Shown here one piece after another: positions 19,043-27,486 of a DNA stretch of 46,325 nucleotides; position 1 is the first letter of the stretch; each line of letters starts with the position of its first letter. The stretch is taken from the NCBI RefSeq assembly GCF_048594945.1, contig NZ_JBMDXJ010000333.1, positions 1 through 46,325 of the forward strand, in the 5' to 3' direction. The translations under genes and the position numbers were made by a program. Under the pieces are notes generated by a model. It ran no database searches, was not told the origin of the DNA, and saw only the letters and a program-made list of their open reading frames with translations. The DNA comes from Pseudactinotalea sp. Lineage in GTDB: Bacteria; Actinomycetota; Actinomycetes; Actinomycetales; Beutenbergiaceae.

Positions 19043-20173
19043 ATGAGCTCGAGATACGAACTGCCCACCCTGGACGACCTGGTCCGCCTCGCCGAGCCGC
19101 ACGATGCGGCGATCACGGTGTACGCGCCGACCTCCCCTGCAGCGAACGATCGGGACGTCGCATTCACCGCGGTCAAGAGCGCCGTCGACACCTCGATCCG
19201 CGCGTTGCGTGCACACGGCTTGCGTCACGCTGTCGAGAAGGCCCTTCGTGCCCAATGGGACGCGATTGCCGCCGATGGCGAGCTGTGGGGGAACCTCGCC
19301 GCGTCGCTCGCGGTATTCATCAGCCCTGACAGCCACCACGTCTACGCCCTGCCGAACCAGCTGGAGAGCCAGCAGCAGGTCTCGACCTACTTCGACCTGG
19401 GACAGCTCGTGCGCTCGGTCGCGACCGACCAGCATGCCTACGCGCTGCAGCTGTCCGCCAACGCCTGGCAGCTCTGGGAGGCCACGGCGACCACACGCGC
19501 GACCGAGCTGACCCCCACCGGCAGCTACCCCACCGATGCCGCCGACGCCACGCACCGGGACGAGATCCGGGGACGTCAGCACGAGGGCAGGCTGGTGGGT
19601 GACGAGGGCAAGAAGACGCTGCTGGACACCTACGCCACGCGCGTGGCGGAAGCAGTCGGGGCTGAGCTCGGCGACAGGAACCCGACGAGTCCGTTGTTCG
19701 TGTTCGCCAGCGAGACGCTTCAGGCGATGTTCAGCTCAGCCTACGGCTCACGGCGTCAGGTGGTAGCGATCCATGGGGCCGCCGACGATCTGCGACCGCA
19801 TCAGATCGACGAAGCCATGCGTCAACGCCTGCCGCAGCTCAGCGCGCAACGCGTGGACGCCCAGCTGGAGCGCATGGGCAACGACGTACCGCGGGGTCTG
19901 GTGCGCACCGACGTCGCCGAGATCGCTCGCGCGACCGCCATGGGCGCCGTGGACGCGCTCGTGTACGAGTTCACGGTCGACATCCTCGGCACCTACGACG
20001 ACGTGACCGGCGAGGTCACGCTCGCTTCCGACGAACCCGGCTACGACCTGCTGTCGCGCATCGCGATCGGCGTTCACCAGCGCGGTGGCGACGTGATCCC
20101 TGTGCGCGACTCCGAGGTTTCAGGAGGCGTCTGGAACGGCACGGCCGTCGCCCACCTCCGCTACCCGATCTGA
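19043..20173 (+). CDS. Bacterial archaeo-eukaryotic release factor (baeRF11-like) domain protein
   Basis: N-terminal YELPTL..ITVYAPTSP, SLAVFISPD..YALPNQL, FDLGQLVRSV, C-terminal aeRF1 domain-3-like ARATAMGAVDAL...YDLLSRIA..V..RGGDVIPVR...AHLRY; family number from memory of the pattern. Confidence 0.75.
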   Translation: MSSRYELPTLDDLVRLAEPHDAAITVYAPTSPAANDRDVAFTAVKSAVDTSIRALRAHGLRHAVEKALRAQWDAIAADGELWGNLAASLAVFISPDSHHVYALPNQLESQQQVSTYFDLGQLVRSVATDQHAYALQLSANAWQLWEATATTRATELTPTGSYPTDAADATHRDEIRGRQHEGRLVGDEGKKTLLDTYATRVAEAVGAELGDRNPTSPLFVFASETLQAMFSSAYGSRRQVVAIHGAADDLRPHQIDEAMRQRLPQLSAQRVDAQLERMGNDVPRGLVRTDVAEIARATAMGAVDALVYEFTVDILGTYDDVTGEVTLASDEPGYDLLSRIAIGVHQRGGDVIPVRDSEVSGGVWNGTAVAHLRYPI

Positions 20174-20292
20174 GGCCCTACCGCGTCAGCCCGAACCGCC
20201 GACCGGTCAGGCTGGTGACCTCGAACGCGACGGCGTCGCTCATGTGCAGGCCGAGGTTGAGATAGGTCGCGGCTTCCCGCTCGGCCGGGGAC

Positions 20293-21096
20293 CTACGTCC
20301 CTGCGGAGGTCACCGGCACCTGGATGAGGATGTCCCCGGTCGGCGACGGCGAGCCGCCCGTCGGCTCGATCGTGAGCGCGACGACGTCGGCCGCCAGGAC
20401 ATCCCCGGTGAGCAGTACGGTCGCCGCACCGTCACCGCTGCGGAACACGCCCGCGTCGGCGGGCGCGTCACCGGCGATCGTCCACGCCTGGAACACCTCG
20501 CTGTTGCCGAGTGCGGGCAGGTCCTGCAGGAGCACGACGGCGGAGCCCACCTCGTCGGACATCAGTACCGTCCCGCGCATGCCTCCGACTCCGTCGGCGG
20601 CGTAGACGCGGAGGTCGGAGGCCGAGAGCAGCGCCTCCAGCTGGACTCGGCTCTCCTGCTCGACGACGGCGATCTCACGTGCGTGATCAGCGCCAGCCGG
20701 GCGGAGCACACCCCAGGCGACACCCGCGAGCGCCAGCACGCAGGCGGCCGCAGCGAGCACCCGCCACCGGTCGCGGCTCGGCGTGCGCCTGCGCCGCCGC
20801 GCGAGCTCGTCGACGCCACTGGCGGCCGCCGGCTCGGGAGCGGCCTGCTCCGGCAACGGGGGCAGCGGACGCACCTGCGAGATCGCTGCGAGCACGGAGT
20901 CGCGGAGCTCGGGGGGCGGCTGCACGGAGCTCACAGCGGGTAGCCGGACCACGGCGTCGCGCAGCGAGCGCACGTCGTCGCGGCAGTCCGCGCACACCGC
21001 AAGGTGGCGCTCGAAGGCCACCAGCTCCTCGGGCTCCAGTGCGTCGAGCACGTACGCGCCGGTGAGTGCGTGCACCGACTCCTCGTCCACGGTCAC
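20293..21096 (-). CDS. rskA: Anti-sigma-K factor (RskA family) with N-terminal HxxxCxxC
   Basis: HALTGAYVLDAL..FERHLAVCADC, PPPELRDSVL, single TM, FQAWTI, ALTIEPTGGSPSPTG. Confidence 0.9.
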   Translation of the reverse strand: MTVDEESVHALTGAYVLDALEPEELVAFERHLAVCADCRDDVRSLRDAVVRLPAVSSVQPPPELRDSVLAAISQVRPLPPLPEQAAPEPAAASGVDELARRRRRTPSRDRWRVLAAAACVLALAGVAWGVLRPAGADHAREIAVVEQESRVQLEALLSASDLRVYAADGVGGMRGTVLMSDEVGSAVVLLQDLPALGNSEVFQAWTIAGDAPADAGVFRSGDGAATVLLTGDVLAADVVALTIEPTGGSPSPTGDILIQVPVTSAGT

Positions 21097-21716
21097 TGCC
21101 GTTCACCTCCTTCGAAGAAATCTCGCAGTCTGATCAGCCCGTCACGCAGGCGCGTCTTGGCCGTGCCGAGCGGCACGTCGAGCAGTCCCGCCACCTCGGT
21201 GTGCGTGTAACCGCCGAAATAGGCGAGCTCGATCGCCTCGCGCTGAATCGTGGTCAGGCCGGAGAGCGCCCTCCGCACGCGTTCGGCGTCAAGTCGCTCC
21301 ACCACGGTCTCCCCCACGTCCTCGACCTGCTGCGGCTCCCGCACCGCGTAGCGCTGTTCCCGCTCGATCCCCGACTGCGCGCTCCGGACCCGGTCGACGG
21401 CGCGGCGGTGCGCCAGGGTGAGCATCCACCCGAGCGGACTGCCTCGGTCCGGGTCGAACCTCGCCGCGTTCTGCCAGATCTGCAGGTAGCAGTCCTGCGT
21501 GACCTCCGCGGCCTGGGCTGGGTCCCGGACGACGCGGATCACCAGCCCGTACACGCGGGCCGACGTCGCGTCGTACAGCTCCCCGAACGCCGCCTCGTCC
21601 CCGCGCGCGCTCCGGCGCAGCAAGGACCCCAGCGCGGCGGCTGGGTCCTGCTCGGTGCCGCTGCCGGCGCCGGAGGGCTCTCGCTCCCCCGGCGCCGGCG
21701 CGAGTCGGCGGGCCAT
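21093..21716 (-). CDS. sigK: ECF RNA polymerase sigma factor SigK
   Basis: GDEAAFGELYD, AHRRAVDRVRS, ELAYFGGYTHTEVA, PLGTAKTRLRDGLIRLRD; coupled to rskA; RBS GAGAGGA. Confidence 0.92.
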   Translation of the reverse strand: MARRLAPAPGEREPSGAGSGTEQDPAAALGSLLRRSARGDEAAFGELYDATSARVYGLVIRVVRDPAQAAEVTQDCYLQIWQNAARFDPDRGSPLGWMLTLAHRRAVDRVRSAQSGIEREQRYAVREPQQVEDVGETVVERLDAERVRRALSGLTTIQREAIELAYFGGYTHTEVAGLLDVPLGTAKTRLRDGLIRLRDFFEGGERQ

Positions 21717-21760
21717 CAGGTCCTCTCGGTCAGAGTCTGCTCAGCCCAGGAAACCACTGA

Positions 21761-22426
21761 TCACTCGCTGGGCGGCATCAGCACGCCGTCGATGATGTAG
21801 ACGGTCGCGTTCGCGGTCTGGATGTTCCCGCACACGACCTGGGCGCCGTCGGCCCCGACGGTGAAGTCCTCGCCCGAGCCCTCGACCGTGAGATCGTCAC
21901 CCTGCAGCGTGGCGAAGGTTCCCGCGAGGTCCTCCGGAGCAAGTCGCTCCGGCACCACGTGGTAGGTCAGGACGGTCGTGAGCAGGCCCTCCGGGTCGTC
22001 CTGCACCGCCTCGACCGTCTCGGCAGGCAACGCCTCGAAGGCTGCGTTGGCCGGCGCGAACACGGTGATGTTCTCCGCCGCGTTGAGGGTGTCGCCCAGG
22101 TTCGCGAGACCCACGAGCTCCACGAGCGTGGACAGCTCCTCGTTGTTGCCTGCAGCCGTTGCCACGGGGTCTTGTGCCATGCCGTCGAAACTGCCCGCGC
22201 CGACGGCGGGGACTCTCGAGCAGGCGGGTCCGAACGGATCGCTCGCCGCCGCGTCGCAGCCCATGTCGTCGGCGGTCGTCTCCTCCTCGGTGGCCTCGGG
22301 CTCCGGGGTCTCCTCGTCGGAGTCGGCGGGGGCGGTGGGGCCGTCGGCGGTGCCGCCGCCGGCGCCTGCGGTCAGGGCGAGCGCCGCCGCCAGAGTGAGC
22401 GCTGGGACGATGGGGCGAATCTTCAC
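21761..22426 (-). CDS. Fasciclin (FAS1) domain protein, MPT70/MPT83-like
   Basis: FGPACS, GMAQDPVATAA, ITVFAPANAAF, LTYHVV, VVCGNIQTANATVYIIDGVLMP; signal peptide. Confidence 0.93.
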   Translation of the reverse strand: MKIRPIVPALTLAAALALTAGAGGGTADGPTAPADSDEETPEPEATEEETTADDMGCDAAASDPFGPACSRVPAVGAGSFDGMAQDPVATAAGNNEELSTLVELVGLANLGDTLNAAENITVFAPANAAFEALPAETVEAVQDDPEGLLTTVLTYHVVPERLAPEDLAGTFATLQGDDLTVEGSGEDFTVGADGAQVVCGNIQTANATVYIIDGVLMPPSE

Positions 22427-22477
22427 GATGACTTCTCCTCGGTGTCACGGTGACCGGATGGTCCGTACGTGAGGGGA

Positions 22478-22503
22478 TTCGGAGCCCTTGCGGGTCCGGA
22501 TTG
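22478..22503 (-). promoter_or_regulatory. SigK-type promoter upstream of the fasciclin gene
   Basis: Minus strand CAATCC-N15-CCGAA. Confidence 0.75.
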
Positions 22504-22504
22504 G

Positions 22505-24109
22505 TCAGCCTTCGACCATGAACGCGATCGAGTGCCAGCCCCGCGCGCCGTCGGGGAACGGCTCGGTTCGCTCCTCGGGCTGGGTCTCGCCGGTGCCGTC
22601 GGTGCTGCGGACCTGCACGTCGTGCCGGCCGGCACCCGTGCTGTTCCAGCGGTGGCTCCAGGCGCGCCACAGGTCCGGTCCGGCATCCGCCGCCAGCTCG
22701 GCCTCCTGCCAGTCACCGCCGTCGATGCTGACCTCCACCCTCTCGATGCCCCGGTGCTGCGCCCATGCCATCCCGGCGATCGTCACCTCGCCGGCGGGAA
22801 CGCTGGCCAAGGCCGACGGCACGTCGATCCGGGTCTGCGTGAGCACCGGTGCCTCGGTCGCCCAGCCCCGTTCGGTCCAATAGGCGACGTCCTCCTCGTA
22901 GGTCGACACCCGTAGGCCGGTGAGCCACTTCGCGGCCGAGACGAAGCCGAACAGGCCGGGCACCACCAGCCGAGCAGGAAAGCCACGCTCGAGCGGAAGC
23001 TGTTCTCCGTTGATCCCGACCACGAGCAGTGCGTCGCGGCCGTCGCGCACCGTCTCGAGCGGGATGCTGCAGCTGAACCCGTCGGCTCCCTCGGCGAACA
23101 GCTGCTCGGCCCCGGGCTGTACGCCGACCTCGTCGAGCAGGTCGGCGAGAGGGATGCCCAGCCAGCGGCCGGTACTCACGTACGGCCCGCCGATCGGGTT
23201 CGAGACGCAGCTGAGCGTGATCCACCGTTCCACCAGCGGTCGCTCCAGCAGGTCGGCGTAGCTGAGCGTCAGCGGCCTTTCGACCATGCCCTCGATCGGC
23301 AGCGACCATGTGGAGGCGTCCAGCCGAGGCGTGGTCAGCGCGATGTCCACGCGGTAGAAGTCCGGTAGTGGCGTGACGAACGGGGTCACGCCGTCGAGAT
23401 CGATCTGCACATCGTCCGGCAGCGGCTGGGCGGGATCGGCGGGCTGCGGCAGCTGCTGATCGCGGCCGACCGCCGCATCCGAGGTTCGCAGCTGCGACAC
23501 GAGCGTGCCGCCCCCGACTCCGACGGCTGCGAGCAACGCAGGTCCGCCGAGCAGCACGCCACGGCGCCGAGGGCGCAGCCGGCCGGCGCGCACGTGCGGT
23601 CCATCCAGTGGCGTGGCCGGCGAGCGCCCCGACCCGCTCTCGACCCCAGCCGCACTCCTCGGCGCGGGTGCGGCCGCACGCAACAGCACCACCAACAACG
23701 CCACAGCGACCTCCGCGGCCACCACAGCCGGCAGCCATGCCACGATCTCCGGGCTTCGCGCTGCGGCTGCCGCACCGGCGATCCCGCCCAGGGCGAGCAA
23801 GCCCACGATGCCGACCCACCGCCGTCGGGACGCCACGATGCCGAGAACCGCGGTCACCAGAACCAGCACGGCGGCGATGCCGCCCAGCAGGATGGGCTTG
23901 TCCGCGGTGCCGAACGAGCGCACCGCCCACTCCTTCACCGGCGTGGGTGCCGCATCGATCGCGACCGAACCGACCGCCAGCAGCGGAGAGGCCGCCGGCA
24001 CGGTGACCGCGGCGACGAGGTGGGCGACCCCGAGTCCGGCCGCGGTGCTCAGGACCCCGAGCGCAGCCGCCAGCCATCGGGGCGGGAGCGCAGCAGGATC
24101 AGGTCTCAC
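22505..24109 (-). CDS. Membrane-anchored molybdopterin-dependent oxidoreductase (sulfite oxidase family)
   Basis: N-terminal TM helices (FGTADK), FYRVDIAL, TLSCVSNPIGG (Mo-ligand Cys), GFPARLVVPGLFGFVSAAKW, YWTERGW, dimerisation domain. Confidence 0.92.
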   Translation of the reverse strand: MRPDPAALPPRWLAAALGVLSTAAGLGVAHLVAAVTVPAASPLLAVGSVAIDAAPTPVKEWAVRSFGTADKPILLGGIAAVLVLVTAVLGIVASRRRWVGIVGLLALGGIAGAAAAARSPEIVAWLPAVVAAEVAVALLVVLLRAAAPAPRSAAGVESGSGRSPATPLDGPHVRAGRLRPRRRGVLLGGPALLAAVGVGGGTLVSQLRTSDAAVGRDQQLPQPADPAQPLPDDVQIDLDGVTPFVTPLPDFYRVDIALTTPRLDASTWSLPIEGMVERPLTLSYADLLERPLVERWITLSCVSNPIGGPYVSTGRWLGIPLADLLDEVGVQPGAEQLFAEGADGFSCSIPLETVRDGRDALLVVGINGEQLPLERGFPARLVVPGLFGFVSAAKWLTGLRVSTYEEDVAYWTERGWATEAPVLTQTRIDVPSALASVPAGEVTIAGMAWAQHRGIERVEVSIDGGDWQEAELAADAGPDLWRAWSHRWNSTGAGRHDVQVRSTDGTGETQPEERTEPFPDGARGWHSIAFMVEG

Positions 24110-25188
24110 ACCCCCTGATTCGGAGCAGCGGCTCCCCTGGATGGGTCAGCGCCATGGACTAGCGCCGTGGCGCCGGTCCGGGCGGCCTCCCCGATCGCGC
24201 ACAGCAGCGCCGTGGTGCGTGCACCCTCATGCGCGTCGACCGCCGGGAGACTGCCCTCGCGGATCGCGGCTGCCACGTCGGACCAGAACGCCCGGTGTCC
24301 CGCGAGGCCGATCGCCCCGGGGTCCGCGCCTCCGCCCGGCACGGCGCTGCCGGCCTGCGGCGGCGCCCCGGGCAGCTGCCACTGCGTGATCACACCCTGC
24401 GTCATCTCGAGCATGCCGCGATCGGTGTAGATCGCGAGCGTGGCGTCGTGGCCGGGCGGGGTGGCGGTCGAGGTCGCCAGCATCCCGAAGGCACCCGAGC
24501 GGAAAGCCAATGTGGCCACGGTGGTGTCCTCCGCCGTTCGCGCCCCGACCTGCGTTCCCGCCTGCGCCGTGACGGTCGCGACCGGTCCGCACAGCCACTG
24601 CACCAGATCGATCAGATGCACGCCCTGGTTGAGAAGCGAGCCACCGCCCGAGGCGGCCTCCCCACGCCACGGCGCGGCCTCGAAGTAGGCCTCGTCGCGA
24701 TGCCATGGCATCTGGGCGACGACGAGACGCACCTGGCCGAGCCCACCGCCGTCGAGCATCGCCTTGAGAGCCGTGACCACCGGCTCGAAGCGGCGCTGCG
24801 TGACCACGGCGACGACGCAGCGGCCCGCGTCCTGGAGCCGCACGAGCTCGTCGGCCTCGTCCGTGGTCAGTGCCATCGGCTTCTCGACCACGACGTGACG
24901 CCCCGCTCGCGCGACCGCGAGCGCGGCCGGGCCGTGCAGGTGGGAGGGGCTGCAGATCGCCACCACATCCACATCCGGGCGCTCGACCAGCTCCCGATGC
25001 TGGACCTGTCGAGCCTGCGGCCACCCGGCGTCGGCGCCGCTGCTCGGCGTGCCGCCGCTGTAGGCGTCGAGCACCACACCGGGGACCTCCCGCAGGGCGC
25101 GGGCGTGCTTGCTCCCGATGCCGCCGATGCCCACGATTCCCACCGTCAGCGGCGAGGCCGCAGACTGATCCGACACCGATGCGTCCAC
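24106..25188 (-). CDS. Gfo/Idh/MocA family oxidoreductase
   Basis: GIVGIGGIG, ICSPSHLH, VVEKPM, GGGSLLNQGVHLID; GTG start 6 nt after TACGTT. Confidence 0.9.
   Translation of the reverse strand: MDASVSDQSAASPLTVGIVGIGGIGSKHARALREVPGVVLDAYSGGTPSSGADAGWPQARQVQHRELVERPDVDVVAICSPSHLHGPAALAVARAGRHVVVEKPMALTTDEADELVRLQDAGRCVVAVVTQRRFEPVVTALKAMLDGGGLGQVRLVVAQMPWHRDEAYFEAAPWRGEAASGGGSLLNQGVHLIDLVQWLCGPVATVTAQAGTQVGARTAEDTTVATLAFRSGAFGMLATSTATPPGHDATLAIYTDRGMLEMTQGVITQWQLPGAPPQAGSAVPGGGADPGAIGLAGHRAFWSDVAAAIREGSLPAVDAHEGARTTALLCAIGEAARTGATALVHGADPSRGAAAPNQGV
24119..24144 (-). promoter_or_regulatory. SigK-type promoter upstream of the molybdo-oxidoreductase, embedded in the 3' end of the Gfo/Idh/MocA ORF
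   Basis: Minus strand CCATCC-N15-CCGAA, 9 nt before the GTG start at 24109. Confidence 0.8.
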
Positions 25189-25350
25189 GGAGGCAACGTA
25201 TCGGACCTCACCCGCGACGACGGCGCTGCCGGCCACCGCGCGCACTGCGCCCCCACCACGACCAGCGCGGAAGCACCGTTCGCTGCGGACGTTCAGCGCA
25301 TTCCCAGGATGGTGCCGCACACTGCACTATCGCCCCAGCTGAGGAGCCCC

Positions 25351-26661
25351 ATGTTGAACGGCATCTTTGGTCGTCAGAAGTCCGAACCCGTGGCCGAGGT
25401 GCCACCCGAGCTCGCTGAGGCGTTGGTGCGAGCGGACGAGAGCGTGCGGCGCGGCACCGACGAGCTCGGTTACGCCACCGCCGAGTTCGGCGAGGTCGCC
25501 GTCCGCGAGCTCGCGGACGCACTCCGGCAGGCGCAGACGCACCTGCAGGAGGCCTTCCGGCTCAACGCGCTGCTGCTCGACGACCAGCCAGAGACACCTG
25601 CCCAGCGCCAGCAGCTCGAGGCCGGTGCCCTGGCAGCGGCGCGCGAGGCGGAGCAGGTGGTCCGTGGACCCGCGTCCGCACTGGCCGCGCAGCGAGCAGC
25701 GCTCCGCGATGCCCCGGCCACGATCGCGCGGCTGCGTGCCGAGGCCGATGACGTCGCCGGTCGGGTCGAGGATGCCCGGGCGGCGATCGCCGCGCTCGCC
25801 GCGAGGTACAGCGACGAGGCGGTCCTCCCGGTGGCCGACAACGCCGAGCAGGCGCAGGCGTTGCTCACGTTCGCCGACCGCTCGCTGCACCTCGCCGAGC
25901 GCCGCCACGAGTCGGGCCGGGGCGACGAGGCCACCAAGGCCCTCCAGGTCGCCTCCGACAGCGTCCGTCGGGCGGAGGCGCTGCTGGACGCCGTCACCGA
26001 TCACGAGGTCGAGTCCGTTCACGCGGAGTCCACGCTCGCGGCGGTGCTCGCAGACTCACGTACCGATGTCGCCGAGGCGCGGCAGCTCCTCGCGGCGGCG
26101 GACGATCCCGATGTCGCTGCCGCAGCCGCAGCACTGGAGCAGGCACTGGCCGCCGCGGGCCAGCCGGAGGCGGCCGGCGACCCGTTCACCAGCCTCAGCC
26201 GTGTGCGCGCCGCCAATACCGCGCTGGAACAGCTCGTCCAGGACCGCCGACGCCGGCCCGAGCGTGAGCGTGAGCGTGAGCACCTGCTGGCTGCGCTCGC
26301 CGACGCCGACCGTCAGGTCGCACTCGCTCGCACCCTGATCGCGGACCACCCCGGGCAGATCGGCTCACAGGCACGCACCCGACTCGCACAGGCTGAGCGC
26401 CTGCTCGATGGCGTCACTGACCTCGACGACCCGGCGGCGGCCCTGGCCCAGGTGAGGCAGGCGGCCGACCTCGCCGCAGGTGCCGCCGACCGTGCTCGCG
26501 CCGACCTGACCGCAGGCGTGAGTCACCGTCAGGACGCACCCCCGTGGGCGCCTGACCCTGGGCGCGGTGGCGCCGGCAGCGTGCTCGGCGGTGTACTGGG
26601 CGGAATGGTGCTCGGCGGGATCCTCGACGGTCTCGACGACATCGACCTGGACTTCGACTAG
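25351..26661 (+). CDS. Ala-rich helical protein resembling the C-terminal part of actinobacterial TPM-domain proteins
   Basis: RBS GAGGAG; ALVRADESVRRGTDELGYATAEFG, EAFRL..LLDDQPET, IGSQARTRLAQAER, C-terminal GSVLGGVLGGMVLGGIL. Confidence 0.7.
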   Translation: MLNGIFGRQKSEPVAEVPPELAEALVRADESVRRGTDELGYATAEFGEVAVRELADALRQAQTHLQEAFRLNALLLDDQPETPAQRQQLEAGALAAAREAEQVVRGPASALAAQRAALRDAPATIARLRAEADDVAGRVEDARAAIAALAARYSDEAVLPVADNAEQAQALLTFADRSLHLAERRHESGRGDEATKALQVASDSVRRAEALLDAVTDHEVESVHAESTLAAVLADSRTDVAEARQLLAAADDPDVAAAAAALEQALAAAGQPEAAGDPFTSLSRVRAANTALEQLVQDRRRRPEREREREHLLAALADADRQVALARTLIADHPGQIGSQARTRLAQAERLLDGVTDLDDPAAALAQVRQAADLAAGAADRARADLTAGVSHRQDAPPWAPDPGRGGAGSVLGGVLGGMVLGGILDGLDDIDLDFD

Positions 26662-26938
26662 CGCGTGTCGTCCATCCCTAACCTGCTACGCGAGTCTCGG
26701 CACACGGGTGCGGGAGAGATCTGAAGAGACTCGGGCCGTGTGACCTCACCATGGTTCGCGGGCCACGCATGAGTCCGCTCACCCAGAGCGCTGCTCTCTC
26801 GGGCGGATCGGTCGGTAGCGGCGATCGGAGACCACACGCGGGGTGGGTCGCCGGGTCCACCCAGGGTCGGACTCGGCCACTCAGCCGTAGGTCCGGAGGT
26901 TGATGTCCACACGCCGAGCCTGGCGCAGGCTCGTGCGC

Positions 26939-27430
26939 ATGGCCACACACCATCTGCGCCCGCTGATCACTGCCGGCACGATGCTCGCTCTCCTCACAGG
27001 CTGTGGGCTCGGCGAGGCCCTCAACGACGGCGACACGAAGGAGCGTCACGCCGATACGGGCGCCGAGGGCAAGGAGAGCGGTCTGCTGGCCGACTGGATA
27101 CCGGACGACGCCAGCGACGTGTCGGTGATGCAGCGCACCACGGGATCCGAACGACTGCTCACGTTCACCTTCGAGGGCGACCTGCCACCCGAGTGCGTAG
27201 CCATCGCGACACCAGGCGAGCCCACCGATGACGAACTCGAGGCTAGCTACGCCACCGACCCACGCACCGCCGACACCCCGCTGTCACGATGGAGCAGGAC
27301 ACCGACTCTCGAGGCCGACTGGTGGCCGGAAGGACAGCTCGCCGAGACCACGCACCTGTGCGGTCGATGGTGGGTCAGCAATGACGAAGACACCGTCTAC
27401 GGGTTCGGGGCAGAAGAGAGCGGCGGCTGA
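26939..27430 (+). CDS. Hypothetical lipoprotein
   Basis: Lipobox LTGC after a hydrophobic stretch; acidic mature part with a Cys pair; start uncertain (26903 or 26939). Confidence 0.72.
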   Translation: MATHHLRPLITAGTMLALLTGCGLGEALNDGDTKERHADTGAEGKESGLLADWIPDDASDVSVMQRTTGSERLLTFTFEGDLPPECVAIATPGEPTDDELEASYATDPRTADTPLSRWSRTPTLEADWWPEGQLAETTHLCGRWWVSNDEDTVYGFGAEESGG

Positions 27431-27486
27431 CCCGACGCGCCCTGCACCGGCCACTCGCGGTGAGCCACCGCTAGCCTGCTGCCACC

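Noticed and set aside
18678-19046. ORF after the DUF4157 gene as an immunity protein
   Set aside because: Starts inside the toxin gene, has no RBS, low-information translation, and spans two hairpins and the next gene's probable promoter
16175-20300. Intact integrative element or prophage at tRNA-Leu
   Set aside because: No integrase, no phage genes and no attR copy of the tRNA 3' end found by eye
24106-25188. Gfo/Idh/MocA gene as part of the NanA-like locus (2,7-anhydro-Neu5Ac oxidoreductase)
   Set aside because: Separated by three unrelated genes, opposite strand, no shared operator seen; the family is too broad to assign a substrate
24229-25350. 810-aa ORF suggesting a large fusion protein
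   Set aside because: The first 374 codons are antisense to the Gfo/Idh/MocA gene; the real start is ATG 25351 with an RBS
26259-26281. (GAGCGT)n tandem repeat as a phase-variation tract
   Set aside because: In-frame hexamer encoding ERERERE; slippage would not shift the frame
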